A model generated the notes under the pieces. It was not told where the DNA came from. It saw only the letters and a program-made list of their open reading frames with translations, and did not search any database. This document shows positions 11,194 to 21,500 of a stretch of DNA of 64,000 bases, one piece after another (position 1 is the first letter of the stretch; every line of letters begins with the position of its first letter). The position numbers and the translations under genes are program-made. Source of the stretch: Opitutales bacterium (lineage in GTDB: Bacteria; Verrucomicrobiota; Verrucomicrobiia; Opitutales; UBA953); NCBI GenBank assembly GCA_007280935.1, contig QYQK01000012.1, positions 1,022-65,021 of the forward strand. The letters run 5' to 3'.

Positions 11194-13137
11194 TTAGCCC
11201 AGTTCGGCAAGCCACGCTGTCGCTTCGGCGTCCGAGGGCATTCTCCAGTCGCCGCGAGGCGAGAGGGCCACGGAGCCGACTTTAGGGCCGTCAGGCATCA
11301 CCGAACGCTTATATTGCTGGCTGAAGAAGCGGGTCAGGAAAGAGCGGAGCCAGTGGCGAATCTCGGTCTGGTCATATTTCCCAGCGAACGCGTGTTCTGC
11401 AATCCAGAGTACCTTAGAGGGGCGGAAGCCATTACGAACCACGTGATAAAGGAAGAAGTCGTGGAGTTCGTAGGGGCCAACGAGGGCCTCGGTTTGCTGG
11501 GCGATTTCACCATCGGCGCCGGGCGGAAGTAGTTCGGGGCTGATCGGCGTATTAACAATATCTTCGAGAATCGTCCGCTCGTTCCCCACGTGGCGGGCGT
11601 GTGCGGCCCACGAGACCAGATGGCGGACGAGGGTTTTGGGTACGCCGATGTTCACGTGGTACATCGAAATGTGGTCCGCGTTAAAAGTGCACCAGCCCAG
11701 CGCCGCTTCGGAAAGGTCGCCGGTCCCGACAACAAATCCTCCAACCTGGTTCGCCGTGTCCATGAGGATCTGGGTGCGCTCGCGAGCTTGGGCGTTTTCA
11801 AACGTCACGTCGTGCTTCCCGGCGGGATGACGGATATCTCGCAGGTGTTGTTCGACGGCATCGTTGATCGGGATTTCGCGGGCACTGATGCCAAGTGTTT
11901 CCATCAACCTCATGGCATTGACGCGGGTGCGGGCGGTGGTGCCCGGGCCCGGCATCGTCAGCCCGATGATGCCTTTACGATCGAGGCCCAAGCGGCCAAA
12001 GGCTTCTTGCAGGACCAAGAGGGCGAGGGTCGAGTCGAGGCCGCCCGAGACGCCGATAACTGCGTACTTGGCGCCCGTGTGGCGGAGGCGGCGGGCGAGT
12101 CCGGTGGATTGGATGGCAAAAATCTCCTGACAGTTTTCGTCGCGGCGATGCGTGTCAGTGGGAACGAAGGGGTGTTGGCTGAACCGCCGACGTAGTTTGG
12201 GCGTCTGGCCAACGGGAGTGCCGAGTTCAAAGCCTAAAACGCGAGGTTTCAGCGTGGTAGGGGTCCCGAAAAATGTGCTATTTCGGCGGCGATCGGCGTT
12301 AAGTCGGTCGACGTCTACCTGCGAAACGATTAAAGCCAGATCGAAGCGGAAGCGTTCTGATTCGCCAAGAACGACACCGTTCTCGGCGATGAGACCATGT
12401 CCGCTGTAAACAATATCCGTGCTGGATTCTCCGGCTCCGGCAGCGGCGTAAATATAAGCAGCGAGACAACGGGCGGACTGCGAACGCACAAGGTCGCGGC
12501 GATAAGCGGCTTTGGCTAAGAGCTCATCGCTGGCCGAAAGATTGCAGAGAAGGGTGGCACCGGCGAGGGCTTGGGCGCCGCTGGGGGGTTCGACGGCCCA
12601 CAGGTCTTCACAGATTTCAATGCCCACGACGCATTCCGGCAGGTCAGTGGCTTTGAATAAGAGGTCGGTGCCAAATGGAACGCTTCGTCCGAGGAGTTCG
12701 ATTTCTTGGACTGGGGCGACCCGGGCCGAGGCGAACCAACGTTGTTCGTAAAATTCCCCGGTGTTCGGTAGGTGAGTCTTGGGGACGACGCCGAGGATTT
12801 TGCCGTGGGAAATAAAGACCGCGACGTTGAAGAGCCGGCCAGAAACTTCGAGGGGCAGTCCGACCATGGCGCTTAGGCCCAACCTGCCGGTGGTCTCGGC
12901 TACCTGCCCAAGGGCCTTCAGGGCACCGTTAAGGAGGGTGCGCTGGCCGAAGAGGTCGCCACAACTATAGCCGGTGAGGCATAACTCGGGCAGGACGACG
13001 ATTTCGGCCCCCTCGAGTGCGGCCTTTTCCATCGCTTGGGAGACGAGGGTGGCATTAGCCAAAGGGTCAGCCAGTCGCAGGGCCGGGGAGGCGGCCGCCA
13101 CGGTCACAAACCCGTTCTGGTGGATGCGGTTCGGCAT
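11194..13137 (-). CDS. nadE: Glutamine-dependent NAD+ synthetase
   Basis: Nitrilase domain ([18 protein letters not shown]) followed by [15 protein letters not shown] and GTGDLSE. Confidence 0.95.
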   Translation of the reverse strand: MPNRIHQNGFVTVAAASPALRLADPLANATLVSQAMEKAALEGAEIVVLPELCLTGYSCGDLFGQRTLLNGALKALGQVAETTGRLGLSAMVGLPLEVSGRLFNVAVFISHGKILGVVPKTHLPNTGEFYEQRWFASARVAPVQEIELLGRSVPFGTDLLFKATDLPECVVGIEICEDLWAVEPPSGAQALAGATLLCNLSASDELLAKAAYRRDLVRSQSARCLAAYIYAAAGAGESSTDIVYSGHGLIAENGVVLGESERFRFDLALIVSQVDVDRLNADRRRNSTFFGTPTTLKPRVLGFELGTPVGQTPKLRRRFSQHPFVPTDTHRRDENCQEIFAIQSTGLARRLRHTGAKYAVIGVSGGLDSTLALLVLQEAFGRLGLDRKGIIGLTMPGPGTTARTRVNAMRLMETLGISAREIPINDAVEQHLRDIRHPAGKHDVTFENAQARERTQILMDTANQVGGFVVGTGDLSEAALGWCTFNADHISMYHVNIGVPKTLVRHLVSWAAHARHVGNERTILEDIVNTPISPELLPPGADGEIAQQTEALVGPYELHDFFLYHVVRNGFRPSKVLWIAEHAFAGKYDQTEIRHWLRSFLTRFFSQQYKRSVMPDGPKVGSVALSPRGDWRMPSDAEATAWLAELG

Positions 13138-13221
13138 TTAAGGCTCGGTATCAGTTTATGTTCACCGTTGACCCTTAGGGAGGCAACCCGAAAGGTCTTT
13201 AATCCCCTCTACTGGGGTCTT

Positions 13222-14175
13222 ATGTCCACCAAGCCGCTCAAAGAAGTCAGGGTCTTTTCGCCCGCCACCGTGGCCAATGTGGCCTGCGGCTTTGATGTCT
13301 TGGGCTTTGCTATCGATCTGCCAGGCGACGAAATCGTCGCACGTTTCTCCGCCAAGCCGGGTCTGACCATTGGCAAGATTACCGGAGACGATGGCCGGCT
13401 GCCTTTAGACTCAAAACTGAATACCGCCGGCGTCGCTGCGCACGCCCTGCTCCGGCACCTTGGAAAGAGTGAGGTGGGTATCGAGATGGAGATTCATAAA
13501 AAGATGCCTTTCGGTAGCGGTTTGGGTTCAAGTGCCGCCAGTGCGGTCGGCGGAGCTTTTGTGATTAATCGGCTCTTAGGTGACCCGCTTACGCGCCGAC
13601 AACTCTTACCGTTCGTCGTCGCCGGTGAGGCGGCCGCCGATGGCGCCTGGCATGCCGATAATGTCGGTCCCTGTCTTTTGGGAGGCATCACGCTCATCCG
13701 TTCGAATGCTGAACTCGACGTGATGAATGTGCCGATCCCGGAGAATCTTTGGGCTGCCGTGGTGCATCCGGATATTGTCGTTCTGACCAAGGTCGCGCGT
13801 GAAATCATGCCGCGCCAGATCCAGCTCGAAACTTCCACCCAGCAGTGCGGTAATCTCGGAGGGTTGCTCTGCGGATTTTTCCAGAGCGATTACGCCCTCA
13901 TCGGCCGTTCGCTCGTCGACCTGATCGCGGAACCACATCGTCAGCGCCTTATTCCAGAATTTTATCGGGCCAAACAGGCCGCGCTGTCGGCCGGCGCCTT
14001 AGGGTTTTCTATTTCTGGAGCCGGGCCGAGCGTGTTTGCTTTATGCGAAGGCGAGGCCGTCGCGCGCAAGGTCGCGGCGGCAGTGGCCGAAGTATTTTCT
14101 TCCGTTCCGATCAAGGCTACCCAATACGTTTCGCGTATTAATCCCAAGGGCGTCCATGTCATCTCCGAGTCCTAA
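13222..14175 (+). CDS. thrB: Homoserine kinase
   Basis: Motifs PATVANVACGFDVLG, MPFGSGLGSSAAS, HADNV and ISGAGPS. Confidence 0.95.
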   Translation: MSTKPLKEVRVFSPATVANVACGFDVLGFAIDLPGDEIVARFSAKPGLTIGKITGDDGRLPLDSKLNTAGVAAHALLRHLGKSEVGIEMEIHKKMPFGSGLGSSAASAVGGAFVINRLLGDPLTRRQLLPFVVAGEAAADGAWHADNVGPCLLGGITLIRSNAELDVMNVPIPENLWAAVVHPDIVVLTKVAREIMPRQIQLETSTQQCGNLGGLLCGFFQSDYALIGRSLVDLIAEPHRQRLIPEFYRAKQAALSAGALGFSISGAGPSVFALCEGEAVARKVAAAVAEVFSSVPIKATQYVSRINPKGVHVISES

Positions 14176-15487
14176 ATTAGAGTTTGTCTCGACGGTTGAT
14201 GCGACCTGTCGGGCCGGACTAAGAGACGTCCTGCTTTCGGCGGTTCCCGCCAAGGGTGGGCTTTGGGTCCCGACCCATATCCCGCAACTTCCTGCCGGAT
14301 TCATGGAAAGCCATCGCGGGGCGACTTATGCGGAATTGGCTGAAGCGGTCGTGGCGCCTTACTTCGCCGAAGAACTTGGATCGCAGGTTTTACATGAACT
14401 TTGTCAGGAGGCTTTCGACTTTCCGGTACCGCTGATTTTTCCGAAAAAATTGTGCGGGACCCGTTCCGAAAAAATTGGGGTCCTCGAACTCTTTCATGGC
14501 CCCTCGGCGGCGTTCAAAGACTTTGCCGTTCGTTTGTTGGTCAGAGTCACCGCTCGCGTGCTGGGCAATGACTTCCCTCAATTGACCGTATTGGCGGCGA
14601 CTTCGGGCGATACGGGAGCGGCGGTGACCGAAGCCTGTGCCGGCGTGTCAGGTGTCCGCGCGGTGGTACTCTATCCTCGAATCGGGGTCAGCGGCGTCCA
14701 GGAATCTCAGATCGCCCGAGTTCGTCCCGGGGTGGTCGCCTTGTCGATTGACGGTACTTTTGATGATTGTCAGGCGATGGTGAAGCGGGCTTTGGCGGAT
14801 GAGGCTTTACGTCGCCGTCGGCCCTTGCTGACGGCTAATTCGATCAATCCCGTTCGCCTCATCGCGCAATTGCCTTTCGCCTTCCATGCGAAGCGCTTGC
14901 TACCTTCCGGCGCAAAGATGGGCATCGTAGTCCCCTCTGGTAATTTGGGTAACGTCGGAGCGGTGCAGCTTGCTCGTCGGATGGGCCTACAGGTCGACAC
15001 TCTGGTGGCGGCGACGAATACCAATTCACCGTTGCCCGAGTTGTTTGCCACCGGACACTATAAGGCCCGGCGCTCAAGCCCCACCGCTTCCAATGCCATG
15101 GATATCGGCGACCCTAATAACCTTGGTCGCCTGTTGGCTTGGCGTGAAGGCGGTCCGGCCGTTTCTGCGGTGACCGTCGATGATGTCTCCACCCTTGAAG
15201 CGATGCGTCGGGTGCGCGAGGCCAGTGGCTATATCCTTTGTCCTCATACCGCCGTCGGCTGGAAGGCTGCGGAAGATCTGCTGCGTCAATCTCCCGAAGC
15301 GCTTGATCGCGTGCTTGTTTTTGGGACGGCGCATCCGGCGAAATTCCCCGACATTCTGGAAGCGGCCTTCGGCGATCGCAACGCTTCGACTTTCCCGTTT
15401 GATTTGCCTAAGCCCGCGCCGCGCCTATTGGGTAATGATTACGAAAGCGTTCGCGCCGTCTTAGAGTCGGAAGCCGGCTTCGCCTAA
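14156..15487 (+). CDS. thrC: Threonine synthase
   Basis: Motifs LELFHGPSAAFKD (PLP lysine), ATSGDTG, NSINPVR, VPSGNLGN and TAHPAKF. Overlaps the end of thrB. Confidence 0.93.
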   Translation: MSSPSPKLEFVSTVDATCRAGLRDVLLSAVPAKGGLWVPTHIPQLPAGFMESHRGATYAELAEAVVAPYFAEELGSQVLHELCQEAFDFPVPLIFPKKLCGTRSEKIGVLELFHGPSAAFKDFAVRLLVRVTARVLGNDFPQLTVLAATSGDTGAAVTEACAGVSGVRAVVLYPRIGVSGVQESQIARVRPGVVALSIDGTFDDCQAMVKRALADEALRRRRPLLTANSINPVRLIAQLPFAFHAKRLLPSGAKMGIVVPSGNLGNVGAVQLARRMGLQVDTLVAATNTNSPLPELFATGHYKARRSSPTASNAMDIGDPNNLGRLLAWREGGPAVSAVTVDDVSTLEAMRRVREASGYILCPHTAVGWKAAEDLLRQSPEALDRVLVFGTAHPAKFPDILEAAFGDRNASTFPFDLPKPAPRLLGNDYESVRAVLESEAGFA

Positions 15488-15498
15488 GCTTCGCCCGC

Positions 15499-15648
15499 TT
15501 ACTTCGCGCTACCGTCGGTCTTAGGAGCCTTTGCCTTGGCGGCGGTCGCAGCTGGGACGGCTGGCTTGGGGTCTTTGGGCTGCTCAAAGACGATGATGCA
15601 GCCGGAGAGGCCAAGCGTGGCGGCGATCAGCAGGAGGGAGAGCTTCAT
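15499..15648 (-). CDS. Small lipoprotein, 49 aa
   Basis: MKLSLLLIAATLGLSG-C signal II/lipobox, then a Pro/Ala/Lys-rich tail. It has its own promoter-like element upstream. Confidence 0.7.
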   Translation of the reverse strand: MKLSLLLIAATLGLSGCIIVFEQPKDPKPAVPAATAAKAKAPKTDGSAK

Positions 15649-15654
15649 GGCGGC

Positions 15655-15684
15655 ATCATGAGTCGATGCGGTCGGGGTTGGCAA
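15655..15684 (-). promoter_or_regulatory. sigma70-like promoter of the small lipoprotein gene (probably leaderless)
   Basis: Minus strand reads TTGCCA-18nt-CATGAT-6nt-ATG. Confidence 0.5.
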
Positions 15685-15690
15685 ATCCAC

Positions 15691-15717
15691 AAAACAAAAA
15701 ACCGCCGGACGGCGGTC
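15691..15717 (-). terminator. Rho-independent terminator after exbD
   Basis: ACCGCC-ggac-GGCGGT hairpin with an adjacent A-run on the plus strand (U-tract on the minus strand). Confidence 0.75.
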
Positions 15718-15742
15718 TCGGGTCCGGAGCTCAGAAAAGCGG

Positions 15743-16186
15743 CTATTCTGTGTCAGCGACCGCAAACGTCACGTTGGAAACCTCGGCGAGAGCGAGAACG
15801 TCGAGGACGTTTATCACCCGATCATAGCGGGCGGTTTCTTCGGCTTGGACGGTGATGAGGAGTTTCGTCTTAGCCTGCTCGGCAGCCTTTTTCATCACGA
15901 CCATCTGGGTGTAAAGACTTTTCAGTTCTTTGTCCTGGGCGTTCCCGACCGGATCGTCGTTAAGGGTGACCTCGCCGCTTTCCGAGATGCCGATATTAAT
16001 CTCATCGGGCATTTCGGTTTCCTTGGCGGTCTCGGCGTTGCCGGGCAGGGTGGTTTTCAGCTCGTGCTCTACTTTGATTGCGCCTGCCATCACCATGAAA
16101 AAGAGCATGATGACGAAGACGACATCAATCATCGGCGCGATTTGGAAGCCGGTGCTAGCGTCGGGTTGGGGGGCGAGTTGACGCAT
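15743..16186 (-). CDS. exbD: ExbD/TolR family protein
   Basis: APMIDVVFVIMLFFMV transmembrane helix with the conserved Asp, followed by a periplasmic domain. Confidence 0.9.
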   Translation of the reverse strand: MRQLAPQPDASTGFQIAPMIDVVFVIMLFFMVMAGAIKVEHELKTTLPGNAETAKETEMPDEINIGISESGEVTLNDDPVGNAQDKELKSLYTQMVVMKKAAEQAKTKLLITVQAEETARYDRVINVLDVLALAEVSNVTFAVADTE

Positions 16187-16188
16187 GA

Positions 16189-16629
16189 TTATTCTTCGTG
16201 GTTCAGGCCAGAGAAGGCGATATTATCGATTCCGGCTTCGGCGCCCCATTCGAGGGCTTTAGAAATATATTTAGCGTGGCATTCGCGATCGGCCCGGATG
16301 AGCAGACGGTATTTTTCGTTGGTTCCTTTGCGCGCGGCCAGCTCCTTGGCGATGCCGTCTTTATCGTTGGCGTCCAGTTCGCGGTCATCGAGTTTATACC
16401 GAGCCTGTCCGGTGGACGCGTCCCACGAAATGTTGATCAGTCCAGCGGTTGCTTTGTCATCCCGTTTGATGCCGTGAGAGGCGACCGGCAGCTTGATGTT
16501 CTTGTCGACCTTGAGTACCTGAGAGGAAGTGATGGACATGAAGAAGATGAGCAAGACCAGCAGTACATCGATCATCGGTGCTACCTGGAATTCTGGTTCG
16601 CCTTCCCCGCCGCCTCCTCCGCCTGCCAT
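16189..16629 (-). CDS. exbD: ExbD/TolR family protein
   Basis: APMIDVLLVLLIFFM transmembrane helix with the conserved Asp, and LIRADR. Confidence 0.9.
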   Translation of the reverse strand: MAGGGGGGEGEPEFQVAPMIDVLLVLLIFFMSITSSQVLKVDKNIKLPVASHGIKRDDKATAGLINISWDASTGQARYKLDDRELDANDKDGIAKELAARKGTNEKYRLLIRADRECHAKYISKALEWGAEAGIDNIAFSGLNHEE

Positions 16630-16654
16630 GGTCGTTTAGTCGGGTTGGAGGTGA

Positions 16655-17464
16655 TTAGGCCTTCTCCGCAGGAGCGGGGGAGGCATTCCAGTCTGGCTTG
16701 GAGGCGTAGATTTCATCATCACCGACGCGCCGACCAGCGATCTCATCATAGGGGAAGGAGCGGAAGAGGCCGCTGACAATTTCGCCGATATCGTGGACGC
16801 CTTTATTGATGCGATTCGTCAGCAGGTAGTAAGCGATGAAGGCTGGAATAGCGATGAACAGTCCGGAAGCCGTTGCGACGAGCACTTCACCGATGGCGCC
16901 GGAGAGGGAGGAGGGATCGCCCGCGCCCGTAGTGGCAAGCTTTTGGAAGGCCTTCATCATGCCGGTCACGGTACCGGTTAGGCCCATCATGGGCGTACAG
17001 ACGCCAATAACGGAGAGGTAAGAGGCACGCCCTTTGAGTTCGGCCTGGATGCGGCTGATTTCCGAAATGATGGCCTCTTCGGTCATGGTCTTTCCTTCAG
17101 GGGAGAGGGACACTCCGGCGCGGATGACCTGAGCGACGGCCGAGTTGGCTTCTTTGGCATAAGCGTAAGCACCGACATAATCGCCTTTCTTGAAGAGGGT
17201 GCGGAGCTCCTTGACGTGGTCAGCAGGGTAAAGCTTGGCGGTGCTGGTTTTAAGGAAGCCATCGACGATGAACCAGATCATAAGAACCGAGCAAACCGTG
17301 ATAGGGTACATGACCCAGCCGCCTTCGATGAAAAGATCCAGCAAGGACTTGTCAAAGTGGTTGGGAGCGGCGGGAGCGGCCGCCGCGGCTTGTGCGAACA
17401 TGTTGGCGGTCGCAAGTCCGAGGAAGAGCGAAGTGATTAAGGGGAGGCGGAGTTTCAGCTTCAT
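16655..17464 (-). CDS. exbB: MotA/TolQ/ExbB proton channel protein
   Basis: Motifs GGWVMYPI, TPMMGLTGTVTGM and IGEVLVATASGLFIAIPA, with an N-terminal signal peptide. Confidence 0.9.
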   Translation of the reverse strand: MKLKLRLPLITSLFLGLATANMFAQAAAAAPAAPNHFDKSLLDLFIEGGWVMYPITVCSVLMIWFIVDGFLKTSTAKLYPADHVKELRTLFKKGDYVGAYAYAKEANSAVAQVIRAGVSLSPEGKTMTEEAIISEISRIQAELKGRASYLSVIGVCTPMMGLTGTVTGMMKAFQKLATTGAGDPSSLSGAIGEVLVATASGLFIAIPAFIAYYLLTNRINKGVHDIGEIVSGLFRSFPYDEIAGRRVGDDEIYASKPDWNASPAPAEKA

Positions 17465-17519
17465 AGGGACCTGAGTGGGTTGTGGATATTTAGGTTGGGT
17501 TTTGGAAAGGGGCAAGGAC

Positions 17520-18548
17520 TCACTTGTTGCCGGACTGATCGTCTTCGGCTTTGACCTTGGGCTTGGCCATCACGGCTCCTTCGGGGAGCGCGGCCGCCGT
17601 CGCCAGTTTCTTTTGCTCGGCTTCGGCTTTAACGCGGTCTTCTTTAGGCAGGAGTTTCTTAGCTTCTTCTGCTTCTTTGGAGACAGGGTAGGTTGTGATG
17701 ATGTCGCGAAGGTAGCGGTTGGAAACTTCTTCGAGTTTCTGCTCCCGGGTCGCCGGAGCGTCCATGCCGCGGAAGGCACGGGCGGCGCCCAGGAGGGCTT
17801 TAGGGACGTGTTCAAGCTGGGCACCGTAAAAGACGGGAACCCGCAGATAGACGCTCATCGCCAATTCATATTTCTTGGTGGCCAGCAAGGAGTTGGCTTT
17901 AACGATATGTAAACGCGCGAGCAGGTCGGGGTCGTCCATCTTCGGAATCAGGTCGGTAGCCTCCTTGATGACGGCTTCATGGTCGCCTTTCCGGGCGCGT
18001 TGCATGAGTCTTGCCAGTTGGATTTTGATGGCGAGTTCGGGGAGTTTCGCACTTTCGTCTTTCTCTAGATTGTCCAGAAAAGAGCCAATGGCGGCTTCGT
18101 TTTCAAGCCGGTCAAGGGCGTCTAGTTTAAGCATGGTGGCTTTGGCCCACCAGCTGCCTGGAATCGTCTTCAGAGGTTCGAATAATTTGATCACGGCTTC
18201 GATGTTATCAAGGGCTTTGCTCGGCTCGCCGCGATTGATGTTATTCTGAGCCTCGATGAGTCGCTCGGGTAGGGGCCAGATGATGCCAACAACCTCTGCG
18301 AGTTTTTTACTCGGCGTGATTTCGACGCCACTGATGATGGTGGTGCGTTCGACGGTCCCTTTGACGGTGTTGATTAGGCCCTTTTTGATGTCTACCAACG
18401 GTTTGGGCGGCAAAGCAGTCCGGTCCATCTTGAAGGGGTCATTAATTTCCCAGCGTTCGTTTGATTTAAAAATAAAAACTTGCCCCGAGGCGGAAGGCAG
18501 TGGGCTAAAGGCGGCAAGCGCGAGAAGGATACGGACGAAAGGGTTCAT
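17520..18548 (-). CDS. Secreted TPR protein (CpoB/YbgF-like C-terminus)
   Basis: Signal peptide MNPFVRILLALAAFSPLPSASG, TPR-like helices, and IITTYPVSKEAEEAKKLL. Confidence 0.7.
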   Translation of the reverse strand: MNPFVRILLALAAFSPLPSASGQVFIFKSNERWEINDPFKMDRTALPPKPLVDIKKGLINTVKGTVERTTIISGVEITPSKKLAEVVGIIWPLPERLIEAQNNINRGEPSKALDNIEAVIKLFEPLKTIPGSWWAKATMLKLDALDRLENEAAIGSFLDNLEKDESAKLPELAIKIQLARLMQRARKGDHEAVIKEATDLIPKMDDPDLLARLHIVKANSLLATKKYELAMSVYLRVPVFYGAQLEHVPKALLGAARAFRGMDAPATREQKLEEVSNRYLRDIITTYPVSKEAEEAKKLLPKEDRVKAEAEQKKLATAAALPEGAVMAKPKVKAEDDQSGNK

Positions 18549-18552
18549 GGGA

Positions 18553-21500
18553 TTAGAAGTTAAGGGTGAGTTCTTTGGCTTCGTTGGCTTCCGGGGTCGC
18601 CTTGATCCGCTCATTGCTGAGCATCTCAACGAGTACCGCTTTGGCTTCGGGCTTCTGCCCCATCTTGTTTCCGAGGATCTTCGCCTCCGAAAGGTAGGCC
18701 TTGGCGGACCAAACTTCATATTTCTTCCAGGCCAACCGGCAACGACGATAATAGGCGACCGCTTCGGCGTCATGACCTTGACGTTCTTCCATCTGGCCGA
18801 GCCAGTAGAGGCAGCCAGCCGTGGTTTCGCCTCTCCATTCCTTGGTCTTGGCGATATCTTCAAGGATTTTTTTGGCGGCGACATATTGTCCTAGTTCAAC
18901 CAAAGCGCGGCCATGCACGAAAAGGATCTCCCGCTCTTTTGACATCAGGATATTATTGTCGATGGCTTCCTGGCAAAGTTCGGCGGCTTGTTTGAATTTC
19001 TTTTGACGCAGTAAGATTTCAGCGGAACCGGCGAAGCCGTAGTCGGCATAATCCGTGGAGCGGCTGTGTTCGCGGATATAGTCAAAATAGCTGGCGGCCT
19101 TGGTTAGCTCGCCTTTACCGAGCAGGTGATCGCCGACGACGGCGATGATGGTCGGACTTAGCTCTTCGGCTTTGTAGCTCGTAGCGATTTTTTCATAATA
19201 CTCAGCGGCCTTTCCAGGATTACGCGTGTTGAGGGCAAGTTGACCGAGGGCGAAGAAGCCGCGGGCTTGAGCAATGAGGGAATCTCGGTTCTCTTCAAGA
19301 CGGAGCAGTTTCTTCAGTTCCACTTCGGCATTGTCCACGGAATACGCCGCGGGGTCGGGCTTTGTACCAGGCTTAACCCGCTTCACTTTCTTGGCGAGTT
19401 TCTCGGTCAGGAAGATGATGAGTTTCTCGGCTCCTTCTTGACGGCGGTCATTGATGCTTTCCGTGACGGAATTGGAAAGGATTTTCAGGGCGTCGGTCTT
19501 GGCTTTGGCGATGCTTGTTTGACGTTCTTTTTCGATGGTATCGAGTTCGGCGGCCAGTTGGGCGGAGAGTTTTGCGACCGCTTCTTTACCGACTGCGACC
19601 GCCTCGGGGGTGCCCGAGTTGCGCTCAAGGTCGTTGACGGTCTTGCGGGCGGCGGCCAGCTTGGCGCTGTAATTTTTGGTGGTCTGTTCGGCACGTTGGC
19701 TGAATTCGATCTTATCCCCCATGCGCTCGGTCGATTTGATGACGTCAAACAGGTAGGTCATCGCCTTGGGGTCGTTATGATTCCAGTCGTAGATTTCCTT
19801 GTACAGGTCGCGCATCCGTTGGTGTTCGCCGCGCCCAGGCAGCATCTTTCCTAATTCCCGCAGGACGAATTCCAGCGCCGAGGAGTTGGTGCGGCCGCTC
19901 CGGGCCGCGGCGATATAGGCGTCAACCGCTTTGCCGGTGACATCGTTCTTCTGCTTTTCAAGTTTAGCTTTGTTCGCCGCCGCGGAGGTTTTTCCGGAAG
20001 TCGAATCGGAGTTACGAATATCGAGGTCGGCCAAGCGAATCGCTTCGGTGAGTTGGTCGGCCAAACGGATGTAGGTGTCACCGATCAGCGTGTGGACTTC
20101 GGGCAACTGGTTGATAACCTCATCCGTTTTCATGACGGCGAATTCCTTCAGCCATTCGTTGCAGAGGCGCAGGGTTTCGGTGGTCTCGGGGGGAGTGCTG
20201 CCGAATTTGACGATTGCTTGACGGTACCGAACGTCGGGAAGGAATTGACCGCGGGGGTATTCTTTCTCGTAAGTGTCGAAGGCGGCCTTCGTCTCCTTAT
20301 ATTTCCCTTGGTAGAACCAGCACAGCGCATTCATGTACAGCACCTGCTGGGTGACGGGTGATTGCGGGTACTGCTTGAGAAACTTTTCAAACGCAACGCG
20401 GGCGTCATTCCAGTCGACCATTGCGAAGTGGCAGCAAGCGATGCGGAAATCGATTTCCATCGCCGCGTCGGCACTGAGGTTTTTTACGTTATCCTTCACC
20501 CATCGGTAGTGGGTGATGGCTTCTTTGAAATCTTCGGAGTCCTGGGAGATTTCGCCCAAGATCATGCCGATGGCGGAGTTTTCGTCGGCCTTCGGGAATT
20601 TACCCAGGAACTCCTTACACTTAGCTTGGGCTTCGACGTTTCGTCCGGTGCGCCGCAGGGCAACGATGTAGTAATAATAGGTTCCGGCGATCCGCGAGAA
20701 CTCAGGGTTATTATCAAAGATATCGCGGAAGGCCACGAAGGCTTCCCAGGGGCGGTCCAATTCGAGCAGGCAAAGTCCGATGCGGTAAGAAATGAAAGCA
20801 TCGTAATCTTTGTTGGCATTAAATTCCGCCTCGATTTTTTTGAATTGGTCCAAGTCTTGGCGTACCATTTCGATTTTTGCCTTGGTTTCATCGTTAGGCT
20901 TTGGGTTACTTTTGATAATGTTATCAAGATCGCTTTGCTTCGTTTCGACCGCTTTGAGAAGCGCGCGGGTGAGGGTCGCCCGACGGAGTGTGCCTTGGTA
21001 GTTATTGAGTGCCTGTCGGTAGGCTTCCGGTTTGGCGTTTTCGTCGACGGTGGCTTCGGCAGAAGCGAAGCGGGCATCGCCGATGCTGAGGCGCTGGAAG
21101 TTGGAACGGACGATATCGGCCGGCGAACCGCTACTCTTTGCGTCGATTTCGGCTTTGAGCTGATCGGCGTCTTTGACGAGGCCGAGTTTAGTGTAGATTT
21201 CGACCAGCTTGAATCCCGCCTCTTTGCGTTCGGGAGTATTGACGCCTTCGGAGGTGGCCTGTTTGAGTAAGGCAATGGCCTGGCCGTAAGCTGCTTTTTT
21301 ATCAGCTTCCGGGGCCGACTTGACGCGGTCGAGGACGAGCTTGGCGGAGAGCGCGTAGGCGTTGACGCGATCTTCAGGCCGAGCCAAGGTATTTGAACGG
21401 ATTTTTTCGAGACGTTGGAGGGCCGCATCCCACTTGGCTTGATTGGAAAGGACTTCAATCAACGTAAGTTCCGCCAGTCCGCGCCGATTATCGCTGTCAA

